A DNA stretch of 34,129 nucleotides from a virus (taxonomy: Duplodnaviria > Caudoviricetes): positions 1-34,129 of the IMG/VR virus record IMGVR_UViG_3300023275_000007. One strand, given 5' to 3'. The notes under the pieces are model-generated. The model saw only the letters and a program-made list of their open reading frames with translations, did no database searches and had not been told where the DNA came from. The position numbers were made by a program, and so were the translations under genes. Shown here piece after piece: positions 15,808 through 24,126 of the stretch (positions within the stretch are counted from its first letter, which is position 1; each line of letters starts with the position of its first letter).

Positions 15808-17628
15808 ATGCCGAACTACGTCCCCACCGACTGGGCCGATGGAGTCACTCCCGTCGATGAAGCCCACCTCGACAAGATGGAAGCGGGGATCGTCGGCGCG
15901 GTTCCGCGGGATGGGTCGGTCGCCGCCGCCGCGACTCTCTACCGATCCAAGCTCCTCGCCGCCGACGCCCAGCCTGCCTTCCAGCAGAAGGGCGACGGCA
16001 GGATGGAGTGGGGGCCGGGAGGGGCGACAGCGCCCGACAACACCCTCTACCGGGTGGCAGCAGGGATTCTCCAGACCAACTCCACCCTTGGGTCTGTCGG
16101 CACCGCAGGCTACTTCGGCTTCGGAACCAAGGTGACGGGCAACCCCCAGTTCCGCTGGGGTGCCACCAACGATGGGATGCTGTACTGGGGCGATGGAGGT
16201 GGTGGACAGGACACCAACCTCTACCGCTCGTCGGCGCAGACGCTGAAGACGGACGGGTACTTCCTGGCTGGCGCGGACATCTACGCCCACTACGGGATCG
16301 CCGCCGAACAGATCGCCCTTACGGGTGCCAACGGCAGGGCCACCATCGTGTTCGGCTCGGCCTTCGACACCAACCTCTACCGCCAGGGTGCAGACATCCT
16401 CGCGACCGACGACTCCTTCCGCATCTACCGCTCCGCGACGACCAACTACGGCCTCGTCGTTGCCGTCACGGGCGAGGCTGGCAAGCGGTTCGCCGTCGAG
16501 GCTGGAGGGCGGCTGCTCTGGGGCGACGGGACGGCAGCGGAGGACACCACCCTCTACCGCTCCGGGGCGAACGAACTTGGTACGGGAGGGGGTCTGCGCG
16601 TCGGAACGTCCCTGGTGGTCGATCAGACGAACGTGGGTGGCAGGCTCTACTTCGGCCCCGCTCTCGACACCACCCTCTCCCGTGCCTTCGCCGCCTGCCT
16701 TCAGACGGAGTCCACCTTCCTGATCGTCAACCCCAGCACGGGCTTCTGGTTCAAGCCGAACGCCGCCGGGGGAATCGCCCTCCTCACCCAGGTCGGGGCG
16801 GAACCCAACCCTCGCTTCTACATCGACTACGGCGGCTACCACCGCTGGGGCGACGGGACGAACGCGCCCGACACCAACCTCTACCGCTCCGCTCCCGGTG
16901 TCCTGAAGACGGACGGCTCGCTCAATCTCGGCGGCGGGATCGACGCAGGGGGAAGCATCTACTCTCATGCCGGGTGGGGGTACGTCGGGATCCTGGCCGG
17001 GGACACGAACATGCGGCTCGGCCTCTACTCGACCGGGTCAGCGATCTACTTCGGCCCCGGCAACGCTGCCGAGGACACCAACCTCTCTCGCCTCGCGCCG
17101 GGTGTGCTTGGGATCAACGGCGTCCCCATCGGCAACGCGACTCGCACCCGCCAGTACCCGCTGAAGCTGATGGCCCCGCGCTCATCCGCTTTCGCAGGCA
17201 ACGCCTTCTGGACGGTCGCTGCGATGTCCGGATTCGACTACCCCCACTGGGAGTTCGTCAAGGACGTGGAGGGCCGGGTGTTCGGCCAGATCCTCTCTCC
17301 GAAGACGGTGGCCGCGACACCGAACGCCAAGATCGTCCTCATCCTCTGCTGCATGGCGACAGCGGGTGTGAGTCGAATGAACGTCCACTACGCCTTGCTG
17401 GGGACAACAGGAGGGTGGCTCGGTGGATCTCTTACTCCCATCGGGGCGCAGGACATAGCGATGCCAGCCACAACCTCTGGCTTCGTCAAGGCGACGTTCG
17501 CCGTGCCAGCAGGGATCACGGCAGACCAGATGATCTTCCTAGAGATCGTCCATGAGGGCAATCACGCCAACGACACCCTCGCGGTGAACACGATGCTGGT
17601 CGAGGCGTACTTGGAGATCGACTCCTGA
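15808..17628 (+). CDS. Tail fibre / receptor-binding protein with seven DTNLYR-type repeats, 606 aa
   Basis: N-terminal YVPTDWADGVTPVDEAHLDKMEAGI anchor motif; repeats DNTLYR, DTNLYR x3, DTTLYR, DTTLSR, DTNLSR. Confidence 0.85.
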   Translation: MPNYVPTDWADGVTPVDEAHLDKMEAGIVGAVPRDGSVAAAATLYRSKLLAADAQPAFQQKGDGRMEWGPGGATAPDNTLYRVAAGILQTNSTLGSVGTAGYFGFGTKVTGNPQFRWGATNDGMLYWGDGGGGQDTNLYRSSAQTLKTDGYFLAGADIYAHYGIAAEQIALTGANGRATIVFGSAFDTNLYRQGADILATDDSFRIYRSATTNYGLVVAVTGEAGKRFAVEAGGRLLWGDGTAAEDTTLYRSGANELGTGGGLRVGTSLVVDQTNVGGRLYFGPALDTTLSRAFAACLQTESTFLIVNPSTGFWFKPNAAGGIALLTQVGAEPNPRFYIDYGGYHRWGDGTNAPDTNLYRSAPGVLKTDGSLNLGGGIDAGGSIYSHAGWGYVGILAGDTNMRLGLYSTGSAIYFGPGNAAEDTNLSRLAPGVLGINGVPIGNATRTRQYPLKLMAPRSSAFAGNAFWTVAAMSGFDYPHWEFVKDVEGRVFGQILSPKTVAATPNAKIVLILCCMATAGVSRMNVHYALLGTTGGWLGGSLTPIGAQDIAMPATTSGFVKATFAVPAGITADQMIFLEIVHEGNHANDTLAVNTMLVEAYLEIDS

Positions 17629-18323
17629 TGGCGAGGAACTTCGGAACCGGGGGAACCGACGACCGCGTACTGATGACGAACGCCGCTCGGCTCTATCCGT
17701 TCTCCCACAAGCACACCTTCGCCGGGTGGTGCTACCGGGTTCAAGACCCGGTCAACACTTGGCGGTTTGCCCAGGAGTCGGACAACGCAACCACGGCTCG
17801 CTGGTATCTGGGCTGCAACAACAACGGCTCTCAGGGCGCACCGGGCTTCCGCCTCTACCTCTTCTCCGCTGGGGTCTACAAGCGAAGCTGGACTTGGGCT
17901 TGGCCTCCGATCAACACATGGCACCACATCGCCTTCACGCACGACACGGCGGTGGTCGGGACGAGGCCCATCGTCTACCAGAACGGTGTCGTGCAGACGC
18001 TAGGGGAGTACGACAACTGGGACGCGGCGGTGGCGACGAGCGATGCCTCCATCCGCCTTGGTGGATCGGTAGGCGCAGGGAGCGGCTGGCCCGGTAAGGG
18101 GCAGAACATGGCCTACTGGAACGACATCCTCTCCCCGGCTGAGATCCAGGCTCTCGTCAAGGGAGTCTCGCCCCACCTGATCCGCACCGGGAAGTTGCAG
18201 TGGCACTTCCCCTGCTTCCAGACCGCAGAAGAGGGAGACTGGGCAGGAGGAAGGGCTGGGGAGCGCTTCGGCACTACGGTAGAGCCAGCCCCAGTCCCAT
18301 CCGGCCCCATGCTCATCGTCTAG
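17628..18323 (+). CDS. LamG/concanavalin-A-like jelly-roll protein
   Basis: WHHIAFT.D, YQNG and YWNDILSPAEIQAL motifs. Confidence 0.85.
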   Translation: MARNFGTGGTDDRVLMTNAARLYPFSHKHTFAGWCYRVQDPVNTWRFAQESDNATTARWYLGCNNNGSQGAPGFRLYLFSAGVYKRSWTWAWPPINTWHHIAFTHDTAVVGTRPIVYQNGVVQTLGEYDNWDAAVATSDASIRLGGSVGAGSGWPGKGQNMAYWNDILSPAEIQALVKGVSPHLIRTGKLQWHFPCFQTAEEGDWAGGRAGERFGTTVEPAPVPSGPMLIV

Positions 18324-18332
18324 AGGAGAGAG

Positions 18333-18536
18333 ATGAACCAGCAGGAGATCACGCTCGCAGCCATCGGTGACCTAGAGGTCACCCGCCGCGCCCTGATCAT
18401 GGAGATCCAGGCGCGGGACGAGTACATTAAGGATCTGGAAGGCAGGCTCGGGATCGTACGTAACGAGGACGGCTCGCTTCCGAACGGGAACGGGAACGGC
18501 CTCGTCGTCCCCGACAAGGAGATCGTGCTGCCATGA
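18333..18536 (+). CDS. Small coiled-coil protein, 67 aa
   Basis: AGGAG RBS; IGDLEV...LEGRL heptads; possible fibre chaperone. Confidence 0.7.
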   Translation: MNQQEITLAAIGDLEVTRRALIMEIQARDEYIKDLEGRLGIVRNEDGSLPNGNGNGLVVPDKEIVLP

Positions 18537-19216
18537 CGCGAGACCAGATGGCCGACAGGATCAAGTTCACGCTCGGGCTTCAGGACGACACGACGTTCAA
18601 CGAGACGAACTTCATCACCGACCTGATCTTCGAGGCGATCTGCGACATCTCCTCGCGCACGCGCACGGGCGCGAGGGTGATCAACATGACGACGACGGAG
18701 AACACCCGCACGCACGACCTCTCGGTCGGCGCGATCATCTCCCTGCTCGACATCTCCGACGACCAGGGCTTCCTCGACCGCTACACGCGGGAGGACATCG
18801 AGACGATCCAGGCCCAGGGTGGAAGGGGCTACTGCTGGGAGGAGCCGCTGCTCTGGATCTCACCGATCACCCCGGAGCCAGTCACCCTCCGCGTCTTCGG
18901 CGTCTTCCGCCCTCGCAAGATGACGGACGGGAGTCAGACCCCCTCCGACCCGCTGTACGGCAACCTCGCGGAGGAGTTCCATTCGGCCATCGTCACCTAC
19001 TGCCTCTGGAAGGGCGGCGAGTACGTCGAGCATGAGAGCTCGGGCTACGGCGAGAAGTGGCACGCCCAGTACGAGGGCCAGGACGGCAACGGAGGCGAGA
19101 TCGCCAGGATCAAGCGGGTGATGTCGAAGCGCGTCACCGCGCAGGCGAACCGCCACCGGGCGATGGTCAAGCACCACGGCATCCCTTCGGATGCTGGTTC
19201 CCTGATCGGCGGCTGA
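18533..19216 (+). CDS. Head-tail adaptor protein
   Basis: MT..QM..RI..., LWISP, EEFHSAIV.Y pattern; precedes the nozzle-like gene. Confidence 0.7.
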   Translation: MTRDQMADRIKFTLGLQDDTTFNETNFITDLIFEAICDISSRTRTGARVINMTTTENTRTHDLSVGAIISLLDISDDQGFLDRYTREDIETIQAQGGRGYCWEEPLLWISPITPEPVTLRVFGVFRPRKMTDGSQTPSDPLYGNLAEEFHSAIVTYCLWKGGEYVEHESSGYGEKWHAQYEGQDGNGGEIARIKRVMSKRVTAQANRHRAMVKHHGIPSDAGSLIGG

Positions 19217-20754
19217 TGAAGCCCGTCGAGATCTTCGGTCAGATCAAGGGCATGATCCGCGACGTTGCCGTCGATGAGATGCCGGACGGGTTCGTCTACG
19301 ACATGACGGACTTCATCCCGAACCGGAAGGGATCGCGGGTCGACGTGCGCGGCAACTGGTCGTTCCTCGGCCCGACCTTCGGCTCGAGGATCTGGGGCGG
19401 GAGGGACTGCCGCTTCAACAGTCCGATCGGTGACCGCCTCCTCGTAGCGGCCGGCTCGGAGATCCACGATGTCAACCACGACACCGGGGCGCACACCATC
19501 GTCCCCGGCGGTGGCCCTGCCGAGATGGTGCAGAACGCGGAGAAGCTGAACGACAAGGCGTACTTCTTCGACAGCACCGGGGCGAAGACCCCGACCGCGG
19601 TCTACAACGCCGGGGCTGGGACGCTGGTCACGAAGCAGATCCCCGCCTCGGCCCCCAAGTCTGCGGTCGGCTGCGTCTACAAGGACAGGCTCGTCCTCGC
19701 TGAAGGCTCCACCGTTCGCTTCTCACCGCTGCCGAAGGCCGGGGTGGCGCCGGACAACGGGCCGCTGGCGGAGTGGGACGACTCCTCCGAGTGGCCGACG
19801 AGCGACACGATCCAGGGCTTCGCTCCGATGCAGGGCCAGATCCTGATCTTCCACACCTCGATGATCGAGCGGCTGAGAGGCACCATCGCCCCGGCCACGA
19901 ACGTCGACGGCAACCTCTCCCTCGACACGCTCTCCGATCAGGTGGGCTGCACGATCCCCTCGACCATCGTGCCCTGGCGGGAGAACGTGATCTTCGCCGA
20001 CGAGCGCGGGGTCTACCTGACGGACGGCACCTCGATCAAGAGCCTGACCGAGCAGGGCGGGGTCTCCGACTTCTGGCGCGAGGCATACCGCTACCGCGCC
20101 CCCGGCCCGTCGATCAACTGCTCCGTCTACCTCGACTACCTGCTCGTCTCGATCCTGACGACGACGAGCGCCCAGCCCTTCTTCGTGATCTGCGACCTGA
20201 ACGAGAGGGCGTGGTTCCGGTTCACGAACTTCGCCCCCTCCTGCCAGATCCCCGGCGAGGGGACGCGGGAGGAGATCTACTGCGGGGTTCAGGTCGACAA
20301 CCGGATGTCGATCCTCTCGACCATGTTCGGTGAGCCCTACGTCGGAGCGATCCCGGCCCCCGACTTCGTGGACGGCAACGGCGAGAACGTGCGTGGGTCT
20401 GTCACGACGGGGTTCAAGAAGCTGAACAACGAGGGGATGACACGACTGAGGGCGATCCACACCTCCTACCACCACCAGTCCTACATCACCCCCGACAACG
20501 TCGACGGGGTCAAGGTCGAGTACCGTCTCTCGCCGCCGACCGCGCTCGAGTTCGACGTGCCCTCCATCGCTGAGTGGCAGGTGGCGGGGCACCTCCCCAA
20601 CAACGACGAGTACGCACGCAAGAAGCTCCCCATCGGCAAGCGCGGCTACGGCCTGATGGTCAGGATCTCCGGCATCTCCGGCTCGCGGGTCTCGCGGATC
20701 TTCTCCATCGCCGTCAACGCGGGTGCCCAGGACAGGGGCAAGGTGACCTCGTGA
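19216..20754 (+). CDS. Tail nozzle / DNA-stabilisation protein (P22 gp10-like), 512 aa
   Basis: Beta-rich; YKDRL, V.FS, VGC..P.TIV and F.D.RGVY..DG motifs; follows the adaptor. Confidence 0.75.
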   Translation: MKPVEIFGQIKGMIRDVAVDEMPDGFVYDMTDFIPNRKGSRVDVRGNWSFLGPTFGSRIWGGRDCRFNSPIGDRLLVAAGSEIHDVNHDTGAHTIVPGGGPAEMVQNAEKLNDKAYFFDSTGAKTPTAVYNAGAGTLVTKQIPASAPKSAVGCVYKDRLVLAEGSTVRFSPLPKAGVAPDNGPLAEWDDSSEWPTSDTIQGFAPMQGQILIFHTSMIERLRGTIAPATNVDGNLSLDTLSDQVGCTIPSTIVPWRENVIFADERGVYLTDGTSIKSLTEQGGVSDFWREAYRYRAPGPSINCSVYLDYLLVSILTTTSAQPFFVICDLNERAWFRFTNFAPSCQIPGEGTREEIYCGVQVDNRMSILSTMFGEPYVGAIPAPDFVDGNGENVRGSVTTGFKKLNNEGMTRLRAIHTSYHHQSYITPDNVDGVKVEYRLSPPTALEFDVPSIAEWQVAGHLPNNDEYARKKLPIGKRGYGLMVRISGISGSRVSRIFSIAVNAGAQDRGKVTS

Positions 20755-20755
20755 C

Positions 20756-20773
20756 AACTTGGGATTCCAAGTT
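20756..20773 (+). repeat. 18-bp quasi-palindrome, copy 5
   Basis: Exact copy filling 18 of the 21 bp between the nozzle stop and the collar-gene GTG. Confidence 0.95.
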
Positions 20774-20775
20774 AG

Positions 20776-21642
20776 GTGGCTAGTCGAGGGGGAGATCTCC
20801 CCGGAAACTACGCGAGCGACTACGAGCGTCAGCTCATGCAGCGGATCTTCGCGGAGACGACGGAGTTCCCGCTCGAGTTCCGCAACTGGCTCAAGCGCTT
20901 CATCATCGACGAGGTCAAGCAGGAGGCCATCGACTCCGGTGGAGGCCCGGGGGATTCGTCGGGATTCAACCCCGCCGTCTGGATGCCGGGGATCATCCTT
21001 CCCCTGGCGTTCGGCTCGACCCCGACCTACTCCCTTCTCTGCGACGGCAGGGAGGTGTCGAGGGTCACCTACGCCAAGCTCTTCGCGGCGATCCACGAGA
21101 CATGGGGAGCGGGGGACGGCACCACCACCTTCAACCTCCCCGACCTCCGAGACCGATCGCTCTACGGCCACGGCACCACGGTTGTGATGGCGAAGACAGA
21201 CCTCGGCGCTCTCGGCACTCGCGGCCCCAAGCACTCGCACTCCTTCAGCGGCGGCGGGACAAACAGCGCCGGGTCTCACTCCCACGGAGGCAGCGTCGGC
21301 GGAGGGGGCCACTCCCACACCGGGAGCGCGAACATGGCGGGAGATCACGCGCACGGGCCTTCGGTGGACAACGGGTTCGCCACCTCGCAGGGGACGACCG
21401 CGGCCCTCGGCACAGGCGGGTCGGTCAGGTACATCGTGTCAGGGAGCGCCCCGGTCACATCGGTCGACGGGCTGCACAGCCACACGATCACGATCAGCGG
21501 AGACGGAGGCCACGGCCACACCATCGCCTCTGACGGCAATCACGTTCACACGGTGACGGGCTCGATCTCGGGCGGTGGAGTGCTGGACACGCCTGCGTAT
21601 GCGGGTGTCCATTACGTCATCACGACGGGTGCCATCTCGTGA
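20776..21642 (+). CDS. Tail collar domain fibre protein with HxH repeats
   Basis: LLCDGREVSRVTYAKLFAAI...GAGDGTTTFNLPDLR collar motif; HSH, HSH, HSH, HAH, HSH, HGH, HVH. Confidence 0.9.
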   Translation: MASRGGDLPGNYASDYERQLMQRIFAETTEFPLEFRNWLKRFIIDEVKQEAIDSGGGPGDSSGFNPAVWMPGIILPLAFGSTPTYSLLCDGREVSRVTYAKLFAAIHETWGAGDGTTTFNLPDLRDRSLYGHGTTVVMAKTDLGALGTRGPKHSHSFSGGGTNSAGSHSHGGSVGGGGHSHTGSANMAGDHAHGPSVDNGFATSQGTTAALGTGGSVRYIVSGSAPVTSVDGLHSHTITISGDGGHGHTIASDGNHVHTVTGSISGGGVLDTPAYAGVHYVITTGAIS

Positions 21643-21661
21643 GCGTTGTACGATTCGCACG

Positions 21662-22681
21662 ATGAAGACTGCCGACCCATCGAAGCTGGCCCCGGCGACC
21701 AAGTACTTCACCTACCAGCCGACCCCCGTCTCGAGCGCACCTCTTGGTCAGGGGTCGTTGGCCAACCAACCGATGACGAAGGCGAACACCTTGCAGTTGA
21801 AGCCCGGTCAGGTGGCCAAGTTCGCGGCAGGCAAGGGGTGGTACGGCGAGGACATCCCGGCTCCCCCGAAGGCGAGCGGCTCCTACCCGGTGCCGTCGAA
21901 CAAGCCGCCGACGAACGAGGAGCCGAACCCGAACCTCGCCCCTGGCGGTGGCCCAACGACCACGGGAGCGGGTAGCCCTCCTCCCACCTCGACGGGCTAC
22001 GACATGGACAAGGCGATTGCCGACGACTGGGAGACGATCCAGGCCCAGGCCGACGCGAACAAGCTGACCGGGGATGCGGCGACCGCCTTCCAGAAGCAGC
22101 TTCGGCAGGCGTACATCGACTACGGCGGAGCCGGGGAAGACCTCGGGGACTGGGCGCAGTACATCGACCCGGAGACGGTGAAGGCGGCGCAGGCCAACAA
22201 GTTCTCCACCCTGGCACTTGATCGTCGGGCCTACGACAAGAACTCGGAGCAGACCTACGCCGAGATGGCCGCTCGAGGAGGGTCGGGATCGGGCGACACA
22301 GTCAACTCGCTCAAGAATCTCCTCTTCAACCGCGAGCAGGCCGACTGGGGAGGGCTCCGCACCTTCCAGGGCGGCGCGGTCTCCGGCTTCAACAACCTCG
22401 GCGTGATCGGGCAGCAGGCCCGGGACATGATCCGCACCGCTCGCGGCAATGCGGCAGGCAGGGCAGCGGCGAACGCGCCCACCGTCGACACCGCCACCGA
22501 CCCGACCGGGACAGGTGGTGCAGTCACACCTCCCCCGGCCGCGACGGGCAAGTACACCTGGGACAACGGCGCGGTCTCGAACCTCGCCCAGTTGAACCAG
22601 TGGCTGAAGGTGCGCGGTAGGACTCTGGCCCAGTTCAAGATCTCGAACCCCGCTGCCTATGCGAAGCTGGCGGCACAGTGA
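21662..22681 (+). CDS. Putative internal virion (ejection) protein, 339 aa
   Basis: A/G/Q-rich helical protein with an AARGGSGSG motif; position after the tail genes; TACGAT 7 nt upstream. Confidence 0.65.
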   Translation: MKTADPSKLAPATKYFTYQPTPVSSAPLGQGSLANQPMTKANTLQLKPGQVAKFAAGKGWYGEDIPAPPKASGSYPVPSNKPPTNEEPNPNLAPGGGPTTTGAGSPPPTSTGYDMDKAIADDWETIQAQADANKLTGDAATAFQKQLRQAYIDYGGAGEDLGDWAQYIDPETVKAAQANKFSTLALDRRAYDKNSEQTYAEMAARGGSGSGDTVNSLKNLLFNREQADWGGLRTFQGGAVSGFNNLGVIGQQARDMIRTARGNAAGRAAANAPTVDTATDPTGTGGAVTPPPAATGKYTWDNGAVSNLAQLNQWLKVRGRTLAQFKISNPAAYAKLAAQ

Positions 22682-24117
22682 CCGTCGCCTCCACCTTCTC
22701 GAACTTCCACCGTCTCTCCCCCGTCAAGGGAGGCTGGAAGGTTCCGCAGGGACAGCGGCTCAAGTACGTCGCCAACCAGGGCTACCACACCGAGGCGATC
22801 CCGGGATACACGCCTCCGGTCAAGACGACTCCGCTGACCCTCGACCAGCGGGTGCAGAACATCGTCGGCGGTCTCTACAAGCCGGCCGAATCCCTGATCG
22901 CCACACAGGCCGCCCAGCTTCAGGCAGAGGCCGCAGCGCGGCAGGCGAACTATCAGGCTGCCTACGCCTCTGCCGCGAAGACGAACGCGGCGATGGGCGC
23001 CGATGTGCAGAAGGGATGGAACGAGGCTGGCTCCGCAGTTCAGGGTCTCGCGGGTGCGCTGACCGGAGGGATCGGCGCGCAGACGCAGGCGAGCGTGGCC
23101 TCGACGGATCAGGCGTTGGCGAACATGGGCGCTCCCGCCACCCACTACGACCCAACCACCCAAGCCGGGGTTGAGTCCTACTACGGCGGCTACCTCCCGG
23201 GGAGGCAGTTCGCCCAGCTTGGCGGGATCGGGCGTCAGTTCATGAACGAGGCGGGGATCGGGCTGGCCGAGCAGGGGAAGCAGGAGTCTCTCGCTGCGAT
23301 GAAGCAGACGAACTTCGAGATCCTCAAGAACCAGACGCAGGCGCTCGCTGACCTCGCCGCCAAGCGCCCCGACACCTACGCCACAATCCGCGGCCTCTTC
23401 GCCACCGAGAAGCAGAACGACGTGACGAACCAGATTGCCAAGGCCGAGCTCACTGCACGCCAGTTGACCGCCGCCCAGGATCTGAAGTTCAAGTACGCCG
23501 AGCTGGCCCAGAACGCGAAGACCGAGGCCGAGAAGCTCGAGTGGCAGCGCAAGGAGAACGAGATGGATCGGCAGATCGACAAGATCAACGCCGACGCCAA
23601 CGCCACCCAGGCGGGTGCCTCCAACTACAGCGCCCACCATCCTTCCTCGGGGCAGGCCAAGTACTCGACGGGCACCTACCAGCAGAAGGCCTCGTCGGTC
23701 TTGCAGGACGAGCTTCAGAACGTGCAGAACACCTACATCCCCAAGAGGGACGACGGGGTGTTCGACAAGAAGACGGGCAAGTGGAAGGGCGGGATGCTGC
23801 TCAAGTACGGCCCGACCGGAGCGGTGATCAAGAAGTCGAACGGGACGGCCGTCCTCGTCCCCTACTCGCACCAGCAGTGGATCAAGAACCAGCGGATCCT
23901 CTACCGCGAGCATATGTTCCAGAACCTCTGGTCGATGATCGAGGGCAACATCGCCTTCGGCAACAAGGAGAAGGCGAAGAAGTACCTCCGCTCGCGGCTG
24001 AACAAGGTCGCTATGTCCTGGGATCCGCACGCTGCATGGGCGGCTGTCGCCCCGGACACGCAGCAGTCTGCGATCCCGAACCAAGCTGCGGGGTCGGGCA
24101 CCAAGAAGGTCAGCTAG
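22678..24117 (+). CDS. Putative internal virion (ejection) protein, 479 aa
   Basis: Ala/Gln-rich helical sequence; GTGA coupling. Confidence 0.65.
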   Translation: MTVASTFSNFHRLSPVKGGWKVPQGQRLKYVANQGYHTEAIPGYTPPVKTTPLTLDQRVQNIVGGLYKPAESLIATQAAQLQAEAAARQANYQAAYASAAKTNAAMGADVQKGWNEAGSAVQGLAGALTGGIGAQTQASVASTDQALANMGAPATHYDPTTQAGVESYYGGYLPGRQFAQLGGIGRQFMNEAGIGLAEQGKQESLAAMKQTNFEILKNQTQALADLAAKRPDTYATIRGLFATEKQNDVTNQIAKAELTARQLTAAQDLKFKYAELAQNAKTEAEKLEWQRKENEMDRQIDKINADANATQAGASNYSAHHPSSGQAKYSTGTYQQKASSVLQDELQNVQNTYIPKRDDGVFDKKTGKWKGGMLLKYGPTGAVIKKSNGTAVLVPYSHQQWIKNQRILYREHMFQNLWSMIEGNIAFGNKEKAKKYLRSRLNKVAMSWDPHAAWAAVAPDTQQSAIPNQAAGSGTKKVS

Positions 24118-24126
24118 GTTCGCGGG

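Noticed and set aside
15808-18323. Diversity-generating retroelement acting on the fibre genes
   Set aside because: No reverse transcriptase and no template/variable repeat pair differing at adenines; the repeats are protein-level units.
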